Source: an uncultured virus (IMG/VR IMGVR_UViG_3300020255_000001)
Taxonomy: Duplodnaviria; Heunggongvirae; Uroviricota; Caudoviricetes; Kyanoviridae
Reading direction: 5' to 3' (one strand)
Length of the DNA: 64,000 bases
Virus record (IMG/VR): IMGVR_UViG_3300020255_000001
Positions within the stretch are counted from its first letter, which is position 1, and the number at the start of each line of letters is the position of its first letter. A program made the position numbers and the translations under genes. The notes below the pieces were generated by a model. It had not been told where the DNA came from and did not search any database. It saw nothing but the letters and a program-made list of their open reading frames with translations. Shown in pieces: positions 50,001-58,879 of this stretch.

Positions 50001-51276
50001 AGTTCGTCACGCAAATCATTGTATGCACGATGGTGCTAACTCAGTACAACTTAGCGGTGTTAAGTCTGAAGTCCCACCAACATTATTAGATTCTGCATAT
50101 CATACAAATGGTATTACAGCAAGTGATGGTGTAACAGGTTCATTCCAATTACACGTTATAGATGGTAGTGCATTCCATACTATTATTAATGGTGCTGTAG
50201 TAAGTACATCTAACAAAGGATTTATTCTTATTCGTGATCCAGAAATTCCTACTCAGCATTTTGAGATTATTGAATATACTGGTATTTCTGGTGACGGTAA
50301 GATCTTTACTTTACCATCTGGTTCTCGTGGACAAGCAGGAACTGCTGCATTAGCACATAGTGCTAATAGTATTGTTGAATGTTATAACCTTGATGGTATT
50401 CCATTAACGGAAGTTAATAAATTACACACTGCTATTGGTGAACCTACTCTTGATACATATAAACTTGCGGTTACATCTGTTTCTACAGCAGGAATTGTAA
50501 GTGGTGGACACGAGATAGTTGCTACACAAAACATACAGTTTGATCAGGTTTATCCTCAAATTCAATCTACTGTATATCCAGAAACTGAAGTTGTACCTAG
50601 ACTTAATGCAGTATCTGGTACATCAATCCAAGATGGTAATAATGTTACTGAAGCATCATTTATTAATGATGGCATCTACTACGATATGATTGCTAATGAA
50701 GATAATTATCTTGATAAACCTAAGTTAGTTTGTTCACAAGTAAATGAAGATGCTAAACTTTCTGGTTCTAAGTCATTGAACGTTCAAATGGTAATGACAA
50801 CATTCAATGCTAATATTTCACCTGTAATTGATACAGATCGTTGTTCTTTAATTACAACTATGAACAGGGTTAATGACCTTGCGATTGGTAGTAATGATGC
50901 AGAGAAACCTACTGGTGATCTTGATACAGCGGTTTATGTAACTAAAGTGATGAACCTACTGAATCCTGCTAACTCATTGAAAGTTAGGTTTGAAGGATGG
51001 AGACATCCTAGCACAGAAATTAAGGTTATGTATAAGATTCTCCCTGTTGGAACATCAATCCCAATGAGTGAAATAGGATATACATACTTTAATGGTAATG
51101 GTCTTGAAGATAAATCAATCCAAAAGACTGAGAGTCTTCTTTACAGAGACTTTGAGTACACCTTTGAGGGAACTGAATTTACCATAGCACAGGTTAAAAT
51201 TATTCTTACTTCGTCTAACCAGTGCTTTGTACCACAAGTTAAAAACCTTAGAGTCCTTGCATTAAGCGATTTATAA
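44083..51276 (+). CDS. Large virion structural protein (VrlC-like / DUF4815-type)
   Basis: NLNISPYYDDF...YKVLFRPG.PIQARELT.LQS, YYTSL..LE, DPLAQSF and FKSQNASTW motifs. Confidence 0.8.
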   Translation: MPQNTNLNISPYYDDFSSDNNFYKVLFRPGYPIQARELTTLQSLMQNQVESMGTHMFKDGAMVIPGQIGYDLDAKAVLLQASFLGTNVELYRSQLEGRIVTGLTTGIKAKVIFSISATESERGYITLYLKYITSGGTDSNTRTFTANEQLVCDAELTFGSTLIEVGTPFAQLLPTTATAVGSTATVANGVYFIRGYFVDVNEQTIILDQYTNNPSYRVGLEIFESIVTPEDDPSLNDNATGTSNYSAPGAHRFRIRCSLTKKVIDDDTDKNFVELLRINNANVESFVDRTPYNEIARELARRTFDESGDYTVRAFDLRVREHQNDGENNGVYLPGSTSRGNVASSPAYYALEVSPGKAYVRGFEIETLAPTFVDIAKPRETKALQNSIIPFELGNYMLMNNVKGSPIINGNNISSNYQVLEFRDTAPGGSLTASGEVIAYARCAAYEYHNGTTVTSSSTVFKTYIFDIQPLTTVQMSQAVTAGQGAVIRGRTSRAKAFVVDAVSGQTLFKVYQVFGTFRAGEVIEKDGVEIGTMDANFAFQITDAKGVTGKDPDTNAIIFAGDLVLDNETTISGVNFNINNTTITGTSSNFALDLRPGDVLTPNGTDTYTIDRIYPIGGGTITSPITNSLTAAGTASGLSNGDYSFMVRRRAQVYDKETADLLIEMPKDSIKSITDESAIVARTFDDITVTGSNDFTISLPADEQFLAYDKDHYALVELAPTAGTLIDIEPNLTFNSTGTPRTSLTVSGLTGITSCRLITSVSKNQAEKKLKNATEMEVMKIEKTNISSDAPKYGLAYGSLYGTRIEDEEISLGSSDVYKVHAVYESLDDNSAKVPFITMQDATIFQKGTIIEGVTSKAKARVVNFNSVSYVCHFVYENDKFFQLGESVTGFNANNVVITGIINDADGSIDDGSKNITSSFFLDTNQQGHYYDISKLVRFAQSTKPLRKLKVVFNRFVHEATGDYFAAESYVGVDYDDIPAFHQDGVSKQLRDVLDFRPGVTPVLSGSGTVGSPYFVNCASLDFKDRSFASGGVSNNATIIDIPKPESDFRCDYDFYLGRVDKVFLTDQQEFKVVTGISGEQQEIPANIDNAMLLATMFHKPYGYSPADVSIARENNRRFTMRDIGAIEKRVDQLEYYTSLNMLELETNTLPIKDSDGFDKFKNGFLVDNFTSFDSADTTHEDFGVSLDFQEGVLRPSHYTTNVSLEFSTTQSTGVTLHETGTVTRPYTETRFIVQPYASRVENVNPFNVFAYIGRLDLFPSSDDWVDTRRAPDQVVNIEGDFNATLLRLGADANSGFAPTQWNAWRTNWSATTTASNTVFMRGPGIRFITTTTTNTTSSQTRSGLRTRVVPRIDRQSLGDRVIERTIVPFIRSRNIAFKIQRLKPNTRFYSFIDNVDVNFYTSPKLLEVIKNTVEDIRTNDTPFVVGETVVGQTSGCRLKLVDANDGFTDGLSPYDQSELPSSYASTTPYLNIDTRTMSDTVMGSFYGNPLEGEILVGATSGARAVVKPKRMVSNTNGDMEGIMWIPNPAVSTNPRFATGTRVIRMTTSPTDSRVPGEVDSAAQHNYVASGVIETQQQTILAVRNADLVRDTVSQDRTVNTTTTSVRDTGWYDPLAQSFLVESKGGAFLTSIDLYFRTRDERIPVSVQIREMANGYPTTKVLAFSDVTLLPSDINLSENGTIATKFTFPSPVYVTENRDYCAVVLSDSNEYKLWISRMGEDDVTSDRTISEQPYAGVLFKSQNASTWTADQYEDLKFVLYKAQFDTSGSGLAWFNNAELAEGNFGISRLRLDAIETTKPEIKVILADHVANFTIGAEITQTDVSPAPSAIVREVVQGVQGSSNAYLILDDVVGTFREGVASGASYIYRLVSSRSTGTITLTGVAGTFATGTAITNGTGASAMVTDWNAGTGVVTVKSITGTFADGDAITQVINSATTGSGTIGTSGTSFGGDDINDYPSAPISYFNQATEIKVRHANHCMHDGANSVQLSGVKSEVPPTLLDSAYHTNGITASDGVTGSFQLHVIDGSAFHTIINGAVVSTSNKGFILIRDPEIPTQHFEIIEYTGISGDGKIFTLPSGSRGQAGTAALAHSANSIVECYNLDGIPLTEVNKLHTAIGEPTLDTYKLAVTSVSTAGIVSGGHEIVATQNIQFDQVYPQIQSTVYPETEVVPRLNAVSGTSIQDGNNVTEASFINDGIYYDMIANEDNYLDKPKLVCSQVNEDAKLSGSKSLNVQMVMTTFNANISPVIDTDRCSLITTMNRVNDLAIGSNDAEKPTGDLDTAVYVTKVMNLLNPANSLKVRFEGWRHPSTEIKVMYKILPVGTSIPMSEIGYTYFNGNGLEDKSIQKTESLLYRDFEYTFEGTEFTIAQVKIILTSSNQCFVPQVKNLRVLALSDL

Positions 51277-51497
51277 TGAAACCAAGATACCAAGAGGTTA
51301 GAGGACACCCTAATTTAGTTCGAGATACCTCTTCTGGTGCTGTGCTAAATATTAATGCAACTAGCGGTAGTGCAGCAAAAAAACGTAAGAAAAAAGAGAA
51401 GGAAGTTTCCGACTTACAAACTGACGTTTCTGTGCTAAAATCTGAATTGACCGAGATCAAATCTCTACTAAAATCATTCCTGGAGAAACAACAATGA
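51276..51497 (+). CDS. Conserved cyanophage hypothetical protein
   Basis: V.GHPNLVRD..SGAV.N motif and C-terminal coiled coil. Confidence 0.75.
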   Translation: MKPRYQEVRGHPNLVRDTSSGAVLNINATSGSAAKKRKKKEKEVSDLQTDVSVLKSELTEIKSLLKSFLEKQQ

Positions 51498-51697
51498 CTG
51501 TAGACACACCTGAGACAATGGACGAGAAAGAACTTCTCGACGATTTTAAAAGCAGGTACACAAAACTACGTGATGAAAACCAACAACTCGTAGCAAAGGT
51601 AAAAGAAAATGAGACTCAAATGCTCAAATTACAAGGTGCTATTGAGACTCTAGAATACCTAAAAACTAATACGGTAGACGAAGTAATTGCAGAATAA
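51494..51697 (+). CDS. Small coiled-coil protein
   Basis: 67 aa; KLQGAIE.L motif. Confidence 0.7.
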   Translation: MTVDTPETMDEKELLDDFKSRYTKLRDENQQLVAKVKENETQMLKLQGAIETLEYLKTNTVDEVIAE

Positions 51698-51702
51698 TCG
51701 TT

Positions 51703-51728
51703 AGGGACCGTCGGTCCCTTTCTATTTT
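51703..51728 (+). terminator. Rho-independent terminator
   Basis: AGGGACC-GTC-GGTCCCT followed by TTTCTATTTT. Confidence 0.75.
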
Positions 51729-51731
51729 GCT

Positions 51732-51739
51732 TATAAATA
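51732..51739 (+). promoter_or_regulatory. T4 late promoter (perfect)
   Basis: TATAAATA 30 nt before the fibre ATG. Confidence 0.8.
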
Positions 51740-51769
51740 TCAAAGAGGCGATAGTGTCCTTAATAAACA

Positions 51770-54700
51770 ATGGCAAATAGACTCCAATTAAGACGTGATG
51801 GTGCTCAACAGTGGGCAAACATCAACCCTATACTTGCTCAAGGTGAACTGGGAATCGAGATCGATACTTCACGTATCAAGATCGGAGACGGTGTTACACC
51901 TTGGAACTCTCTGCGTTATGAGAGACCGATAGAAACTGAATCAAATGCTGCTAACACTCTTGTTAAACGAGATGCTGACGGTAACTTTGAAGCGGGTGCT
52001 ATTAGTGCGACTTTAATTGGAAATGCTTCTACTTCTACGAGACTTGCATCTGCAAGACAAATTCAGTTAACTGGTTCTATAACTGGATCTGGATCTTTTG
52101 ACGGTTCGTCAAACTTGAACCTTGCCACAAACTTAGAATTAGTTACATCTCTTCCACATTATAATCCTAATGATCCTGATGCAACTGCTCTATATTCTAG
52201 AGTTCAAGTTGACTCAAGAGGTAGGGTTGTTGGTGCTAGTTTGGCATCTACTCTTGCAGAGTATGGTATTACTGACGCACAAGGATTAGATAGTGACTTA
52301 ACAGCATTAGCAAACTTAACTACCTTTGGTTTATTAACTAGAACTGCTACAGGACAGATTACAACTAGAAACCTAACTGGTGGTGCAGGTAGAGTTATAT
52401 TTACTACACCTGATGGTGTAGCATCCAACCCATTTATTGACCTTGCTGATACTGCGGTTGTTGTGGGTTCATATAACGTTGAATCATTAACATCTGTATC
52501 TACTAACGGTGCTAATGGTGAACCATTCGGAACAGAAACTGTAAACGCATCTAAGTTTTCCGTTGATAGATATGGAAGAATTACACAAGCAACCAATGTA
52601 CCGATTGCCACTGCAACTGAAGGTTCAAAGTATGCAACCTATAATGCAGGTTCAACATATAATAGATACGATATTATTGAGAATGCAAGCAAAGTATATC
52701 AGGCGATAACAAATATTGGTGCAGGACAAGGAGCACCTACTCATACAAGTGGTGATGTAAGTAATTGGAGATACCTCGCTGCTGCTGCTACAGAACAAAA
52801 AGGTTTAGCATCATTTGCTCAAGAAGATTTTGATGTAGATGCAAATGGTCACGTTACTATTGCACCACTTGCAGTTGATAACACTCAGATGCAAAACACT
52901 AGAGTGGGATTTGCTGATGGTAATAATATAGAAACTTTTGAGTTAGATCAAGAATTAACAGCGACAACTGGATATAGAGGATTTAATTATCTTAATTATG
53001 TTACTGTAAATGATACCAGTGGAAACTTATTATTTACTGCTAACAATGTAGATAATACTGGTGCAGGTGGAGTAGACATTAACGTTGATACTCATATTAG
53101 TGGTGCACTTATAAAACTTGACAGACCTGGAAACACACCTCTACAAACAATAGAACGTTCAGCAGGTTCTCTTTTAATTCATCATAACGTAAACTCTTCT
53201 GTAAATAGAACTCTTGACATTACCTCAAATAATGCAGGATCAGGAACAGCAAAGATAAACGTAACATCAGATGATGGTATTGTTATCACAGCAACTAATG
53301 TTGCTTCAAAAGTTCAAGTAGAAGATTTCTACTTACAGCAGAATACTATCGGAACCAGTGATGCCACTATGGTATTAGATCCAGGTGACGATGATGCTGC
53401 AACAGGTTTAGTACAAGTACGTGGTAATCTACAAGTAGACGGAACTACAACCACAGTAAATAGTACAACAATATCGGTAGATGACCCCATCATTACTCTT
53501 GGTGGAGACACTGCCCCCGTTGCTGACGATAATAAAGATCGTGGTGTTGAGATTAAATACTACGATAGTCAGGCACGTGTTGGATTCTTTGGTTGGGATG
53601 AAGACTATACTAATGCAAATATCTGGACAGGCACAGGTGGGTATAGATTCCTTTATAATGCAACTAATACTTCAGAAGTATTTTCTGGAACTGATGCTCC
53701 TTTAATAGCAGGTAACTTAGCACTTACAACTAATACAGGTTCTACATCAACAACTACAGGTACTTTAGTAGTAACTGGTGGTTTCGGACTTTCCGAGAAC
53801 GCACATATTGGTGGAACTGTTACTATTGCAGGTCAATCAGAAATCAACAATAATGTAATTATCAAAGCAGATAATAAAGAGTTTGCAATACAAACTGCTG
53901 CGGGTGTAGATAAGTTTACTGTTGATACTGATAATGGCAATACTATTATTGAAGGTACATTAGATGTTCAGTTAGAAACTGAGATCACAGACAATCTAAT
54001 TGTTACTGCCGATGCAAAAGAATTCAAAATACGCACTGCTAGTAATGTTGATAAGTTTACGGTTGACACTGATAACGGTAATACAGTTATCGAAGGAACA
54101 CTCAACACGAAACAAGCAGTAGACTTTGATCAAACTCTAAATGTAGATGGTGACGTTACTCTTAATGCAACACTTGATGTTGATGACGATGTAACTCTTC
54201 ATAATGACTTCTTAATGGATACTACTGGTAAGACATTTACTCTTACTAATGGTAGTACACAAAAATTTCAAATCAGTACCACAAATGGTAATACAGATAT
54301 AGAAGGAACTCTAAATTTAGGTAACTTCTTCCATCACGAGGATACTGACACACCAACTATAGGTACTAATGCTCAAGACGATTTCATCATATCTAGTGGA
54401 GATTACGGGTCTTTCCGTTTTGATGGTGGTGGTTACATTGAAGGTGACACTCTGTTTAACTCAGATCTATACATTAATGGTGCTATTAACCAAAAAGACT
54501 TAGGAACAACAGAAACATTCAGTACACAAAACTACTTACGTGTAAGATATAAATTACGTGCAGGATCAACAGTTGCTTATACACCTTCATACGCTACAGA
54601 TAATAATTCAAACTTAAGAGTTTATGGTGGTGCAGGTATCGCTACTGACCTTCATATTGGTGATGATCTCTATATCGGTAAACTTAACTCTGGAGATACA

Positions 54701-57700
54701 ACAGAATTTACAGTTCTTGGAGAATCTGGTAATACAACAATAGGTAGAACTGGACAAGGTTCAGCAACAGCAGGAACACTTACCGTCCACGGAGATGTTA
54801 CTTTAAATAGAGACGTTACTTTAAATGGTGCACAGAATACCATTGGTGACGCATCTGGTGACGCATTAACAGTAAATGCTACTACTCAATTCACAGCCCC
54901 AGTTACCCTGAGTTCAGGACAAGATCTTAATGTTGGTGGTAATGCCATAGTTGATGGTAACTTAACAGTTCACGGTAGCACAACTACAGTAAACAGTACT
55001 ACTATTACTGTGGACGATCCTATCATTACATTAGGTGGTGATACTGCTCCTGGTTCTGATGACGCAAAAGATCGTGGTGTAGAGTTCCGATATTACGATT
55101 CATCTGCTAAAATAGGATTCTTCGGGTGGGACGATTCAGCACTTAGGTTTGCTTTCTATCACAATGCAACTAATAGTTCTGAAGTATTTACTGGTACTAG
55201 ATCTGGTTTAGACGCAGGTTCCATCAAATTATTTGATACTACAAATGCAACGAATTCTTCTACAGGTGCTCTCATTGTTGGTGGTGGTGCGGGTATTGGA
55301 CTTGATCTATATGTCGGTGACGACCTCACAGTCAATGACGATGGATCGTTTGGTGGAAATGTCAGCATTGATGGCACGCTCGATGTAACAAATGACTTTA
55401 GAGTCAACACAAATAAATTTACAGTTGCTAATGCTACAGGTAATACATTAGTTGCAGGAACATTTAGAGCAGACGGAGTATCTACTTTAAATTCATCTGT
55501 AAATATTGTTGGAGCAAGTTCTAATCTAAGCGTTGGTGGTACTTTGGGTGTCACAAGCAATACAACCCTCTCAGGGACGCTTGGAGTGACGTTAGGAACG
55601 ACATTAGGTAATACCTTGGATGTATCAGGTGCTACCAATGTTACTAATACTTTAGGTGTAACTGGAGTAACAACTCTTACAAATGCTACTAATGCAACTC
55701 TTGGTGGAACTTGGTCATCTAGTGGTGCGTTAAGAGTATCCGCAGGTGGTGCAACTATCTCAGGTAATACTGGTATTGGTGGAAACTTAAAGGTATATAC
55801 AAACAGTACATTAGATGGAACTCTTGGTGTTGGTGGTATCGTAACATTCGATGAGAAACTAAGAGCAAATTCTACTGCACAGGCAACCGCTGCAAACAAT
55901 AACGGTGCTGCAATATTTACAGCAGGTGGTTTAGCAGTTACTAAGAAGGCATATATTGGAGATGACTTTGATATTGGTGGAGGTAACTTTACTGTAGACG
56001 GACCTACAGGTAACACAGTTGTTGGTGGAACACTTGATGTAACAGGTGGAACAACAACTATATCCTCACTGATTGCTACTTCTACAGCAAACTTACAGTC
56101 AACCTTAAACGTTGGTGGTTCATTTAACATCAACACTAATAAATTTAACGTTGCAGGTCCAAGTGGTAATACTGATATTGCAGGTACACTTGATGTAGTA
56201 GGTGGAGTTGACTTAGATTCAACTTTAAATGTAGATGGTAACGCAGACTTTAATTCTGGTATAGATGTAACATCAGGTAATGCTACATTCGCAGGTCTTG
56301 TACAAGCAAATAACGTAACAGATTCTTCTGCATATAATGACTCTGCTGCTTCTGTACATACAGATGGTGGTTTATCAGTTAAGAAGAAAGCATTTGTTGG
56401 TGATGATTTATCAGTAGGTGGAGCAGCAGGAGTTAAATTTATTGTTGATGGACCTACAGGTAACACTGATATTACTGGAACTCTTAATGTTCAAGATGGT
56501 GTAACTTTACAAAGCACACTTGGAGTTACAGGTCAGATTACTGGTAACGTAACAGGTGACTTGACTGGTAATGCTGATACTGCATCTCTAGTTGATGTAA
56601 CAAATACCACAGGTTCTAACCTTACATTCTTCCCAACATTTGTTTCTGCTACAACTGGAAACACTGAAATAAGAACTGACTCAGATAACTTTAAATATGT
56701 TCCTAGTACAAACACTTTATCTGTAAGTAACTTTGTTTGTTCTACAAACTTTGAGATTCAAGGTAACTTAAACATCACTGGAACTATCACGTTCCAACAG
56801 TCACAGGTTGGTAGTATTGCTAACCACGACACAGATGCTCTTACTGAAGGATCTACAAACCTATATTTCACTGATGAGAGAGTTGATGATCGTGTTGCTG
56901 CATTGATCACAGGTGGTACTGGTATTTCTGCTACTTACGATGATGCAGGTAACTTACTAACTCTATCTGCTGACTTTGGTGAGTTTGACACAGATAGTAT
57001 TGTAGAAGGATCTACAAATTTATTTACGACTGCTGCTAGAACAAGAACTCACTTTACATATGGAACTGGTATTGAACTAAGTGGAGCAGGTCAATTATCT
57101 GTAACACAGGCAGATATTAATACTGATAATGTAACTGAAGGATCAACTAACCTATTCACTACTGCTGCCAGAACAAGATCACACTTTACATATGGCACAG
57201 GAATTACACACGATGGTTCTGGTGGTTTATCTGTTACTCAGGCAGACATCAATACTGATAATATTACTGAGGGTTCAACAAATATATTCTATACCAATGC
57301 TAGGTTTGATACCCAGTTAGCAACTAAGGATACAGATGATATATCTGAAGGATCTAACCAGTACTTCACAACTGCACGTGCTCGTCAATCAATTCAAGCA
57401 ACACAAAACATCACCTACAATAGTAGCACTGGTGTTATTACTGGACCTTCTCTTGCTACTGTTGCAGGAACTGGTGCTTATAGTGATTTGACTGGAACTC
57501 CATCTCTTGCTACTGTTGCAACATCTGGTGCTTACAGTGACTTGAGTGGTACACCATCACTAGCAACTGTTGCTACATCAGGTGCTTACAGTGACTTGAG
57601 TGGACTACCTTCATTATTCTCTGGTAATTATAATGACTTAAGCAACAAACCTACATTAGGTACTGCTGCTGCAACTGCCTCATCTGATTATGCTACTGCT

Positions 57701-57823
57701 GCACAAGGTGTTAAAGCAGACTCTGCGTTACAGGCAGAAACGATTGATCTTGCAACTCTTAAGACAACCGTTGCAAACTCAGCAACATTTGCTGCATTTA
57801 AAATAGCAATCGCTGCATTATGA
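51770..57823 (+). CDS. Long tail fibre with Mtd_N/hyaluronidase-type N-terminus
   Basis: RLQLRR....W...NPILAQGE.GIE.DT..IKIGDGVT.WNSL; VD..GR fibre motifs; beta-helix-like G/T/V repeats; 2017 aa. Confidence 0.8.
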   Translation: MANRLQLRRDGAQQWANINPILAQGELGIEIDTSRIKIGDGVTPWNSLRYERPIETESNAANTLVKRDADGNFEAGAISATLIGNASTSTRLASARQIQLTGSITGSGSFDGSSNLNLATNLELVTSLPHYNPNDPDATALYSRVQVDSRGRVVGASLASTLAEYGITDAQGLDSDLTALANLTTFGLLTRTATGQITTRNLTGGAGRVIFTTPDGVASNPFIDLADTAVVVGSYNVESLTSVSTNGANGEPFGTETVNASKFSVDRYGRITQATNVPIATATEGSKYATYNAGSTYNRYDIIENASKVYQAITNIGAGQGAPTHTSGDVSNWRYLAAAATEQKGLASFAQEDFDVDANGHVTIAPLAVDNTQMQNTRVGFADGNNIETFELDQELTATTGYRGFNYLNYVTVNDTSGNLLFTANNVDNTGAGGVDINVDTHISGALIKLDRPGNTPLQTIERSAGSLLIHHNVNSSVNRTLDITSNNAGSGTAKINVTSDDGIVITATNVASKVQVEDFYLQQNTIGTSDATMVLDPGDDDAATGLVQVRGNLQVDGTTTTVNSTTISVDDPIITLGGDTAPVADDNKDRGVEIKYYDSQARVGFFGWDEDYTNANIWTGTGGYRFLYNATNTSEVFSGTDAPLIAGNLALTTNTGSTSTTTGTLVVTGGFGLSENAHIGGTVTIAGQSEINNNVIIKADNKEFAIQTAAGVDKFTVDTDNGNTIIEGTLDVQLETEITDNLIVTADAKEFKIRTASNVDKFTVDTDNGNTVIEGTLNTKQAVDFDQTLNVDGDVTLNATLDVDDDVTLHNDFLMDTTGKTFTLTNGSTQKFQISTTNGNTDIEGTLNLGNFFHHEDTDTPTIGTNAQDDFIISSGDYGSFRFDGGGYIEGDTLFNSDLYINGAINQKDLGTTETFSTQNYLRVRYKLRAGSTVAYTPSYATDNNSNLRVYGGAGIATDLHIGDDLYIGKLNSGDTTEFTVLGESGNTTIGRTGQGSATAGTLTVHGDVTLNRDVTLNGAQNTIGDASGDALTVNATTQFTAPVTLSSGQDLNVGGNAIVDGNLTVHGSTTTVNSTTITVDDPIITLGGDTAPGSDDAKDRGVEFRYYDSSAKIGFFGWDDSALRFAFYHNATNSSEVFTGTRSGLDAGSIKLFDTTNATNSSTGALIVGGGAGIGLDLYVGDDLTVNDDGSFGGNVSIDGTLDVTNDFRVNTNKFTVANATGNTLVAGTFRADGVSTLNSSVNIVGASSNLSVGGTLGVTSNTTLSGTLGVTLGTTLGNTLDVSGATNVTNTLGVTGVTTLTNATNATLGGTWSSSGALRVSAGGATISGNTGIGGNLKVYTNSTLDGTLGVGGIVTFDEKLRANSTAQATAANNNGAAIFTAGGLAVTKKAYIGDDFDIGGGNFTVDGPTGNTVVGGTLDVTGGTTTISSLIATSTANLQSTLNVGGSFNINTNKFNVAGPSGNTDIAGTLDVVGGVDLDSTLNVDGNADFNSGIDVTSGNATFAGLVQANNVTDSSAYNDSAASVHTDGGLSVKKKAFVGDDLSVGGAAGVKFIVDGPTGNTDITGTLNVQDGVTLQSTLGVTGQITGNVTGDLTGNADTASLVDVTNTTGSNLTFFPTFVSATTGNTEIRTDSDNFKYVPSTNTLSVSNFVCSTNFEIQGNLNITGTITFQQSQVGSIANHDTDALTEGSTNLYFTDERVDDRVAALITGGTGISATYDDAGNLLTLSADFGEFDTDSIVEGSTNLFTTAARTRTHFTYGTGIELSGAGQLSVTQADINTDNVTEGSTNLFTTAARTRSHFTYGTGITHDGSGGLSVTQADINTDNITEGSTNIFYTNARFDTQLATKDTDDISEGSNQYFTTARARQSIQATQNITYNSSTGVITGPSLATVAGTGAYSDLTGTPSLATVATSGAYSDLSGTPSLATVATSGAYSDLSGLPSLFSGNYNDLSNKPTLGTAAATASSDYATAAQGVKADSALQAETIDLATLKTTVANSATFAAFKIAIAAL
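56830..57380 (+). repeat. Intragenic repeats (TD.(V/I)TEGSTNL.F/T)
   Basis: About five EGS(T)N motifs; two near-identical ~44-aa units; boundaries approximate. Confidence 0.7.
57446..57607 (+). repeat. 3 x 54-bp tandem repeat (PSLATVATSGAYSDLSGT)
   Basis: Units start at 57446, 57500 and 57554, with a partial fourth unit. Confidence 0.85.
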
Positions 57824-58083
57824 TTTTCTTCTCTTTTATCATTTCATTATTTGCAAATCACTTACCAGTGATGTATGTGCAAGTACCTCAGTGGGCAGAC
57901 GATTGGGCAGTGTGTGCTGTTGATATACCTGACGCTAAATGTCATTGGTATGTTATGGCACCCGACAATACTTTTGGTGAAGGATTTGACTGGGAGACTG
58001 CTCCTTGGTTCGATGCTAATGGATTAAATGATGTCGCTCCTATGCAAAAGGAGACTGTAATGGTTAAGTTACAAAACAACTAA
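57820..58083 (+). CDS. Trp/Asp-rich small protein with hydrophobic N-terminus
   Basis: 87 aa; ATGA overlap with the fibre gene; VPQWADDWAVCAVD motif. Confidence 0.7.
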   Translation: MIFFSFIISLFANHLPVMYVQVPQWADDWAVCAVDIPDAKCHWYVMAPDNTFGEGFDWETAPWFDANGLNDVAPMQKETVMVKLQNN

Positions 58084-58084
58084 T

Positions 58085-58879
58085 ATGGCAACTCCAACCT
58101 CTAAAGCAACACTAAAAGAATACGCACTTCGCAGATTAGGTAAACCTGTATTAGAAGTCAACGTTTCTGATGATCAAATAGATGATGCTATCGATTACAC
58201 TATCGAGAAGTTTCACATTTATCATTACGGTGGTTCAGAAAAAGTTTACCTAAAGCATCAAATGACTGCTGCTGAAGTCGCTGCATTTCAAGCAGACACT
58301 ACAGAAACTGTAGGTAGTACAGAATTTAAGACGCAAAATAATTTTTTAACTTTACCTGATTTTATAACGTCTGTTAATGGTATCTTTACTTTCCAAGACA
58401 AAGGTACTGCAAATATGTTTGACATTCGTTATCAGTTAAGATTGAATGATCTGTTTGATTTTACATCAACACAGTTTTATCATTACTATATGATTCAGAC
58501 ACATCTTGAGACAATAAATTTCTTATTAGAAGGAATGAAACCTACAAGATTTACTCATACATCTGGTCGTTTATATATTGACTTTGACACTAATACTGAT
58601 GTTCGTGAAGGTGAGTATATTGTTATTGATTGTGTTCGTGCATTAGATCCAGTTAACTTTACAAAAATCTATAATGAGATGTGGGTTAAGGATTATGCTA
58701 CATCTCTGATTAAAAAATATTGGGGAACAAATTTAACTAAGTTCCAAAACGTTCAACTCCCTGGTGGTGTTACTCTAAATGGTGAGAAAATTTATAGTGA
58801 TGCTGTAGAGGAACTAGAAAAACTAGATGAGCAGTTAAGAACCACATATGAAACACCACCTATGGATATGATAGGATAA
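58085..58879 (+). CDS. gp13: Neck protein gp13
   Basis: LKEYALRRLG.PVLE.NV.DDQ..D and WG.NL.KF..VQLPGGVTLNG motifs. Confidence 0.93.
   Translation: MATPTSKATLKEYALRRLGKPVLEVNVSDDQIDDAIDYTIEKFHIYHYGGSEKVYLKHQMTAAEVAAFQADTTETVGSTEFKTQNNFLTLPDFITSVNGIFTFQDKGTANMFDIRYQLRLNDLFDFTSTQFYHYYMIQTHLETINFLLEGMKPTRFTHTSGRLYIDFDTNTDVREGEYIVIDCVRALDPVNFTKIYNEMWVKDYATSLIKKYWGTNLTKFQNVQLPGGVTLNGEKIYSDAVEELEKLDEQLRTTYETPPMDMIG

Noticed and set aside
55159..56466. 435-aa minus-strand ORF
   Set aside because: Shadow of the G/T/V-rich fibre gene; its codon bias leaves few antisense stops, and there is no recognisable domain
51770..57823. Diversity-generating retroelement suggested by the Mtd-like N-terminus
   Set aside because: No reverse transcriptase, TR/VR pair or C-type lectin tip is visible in the window
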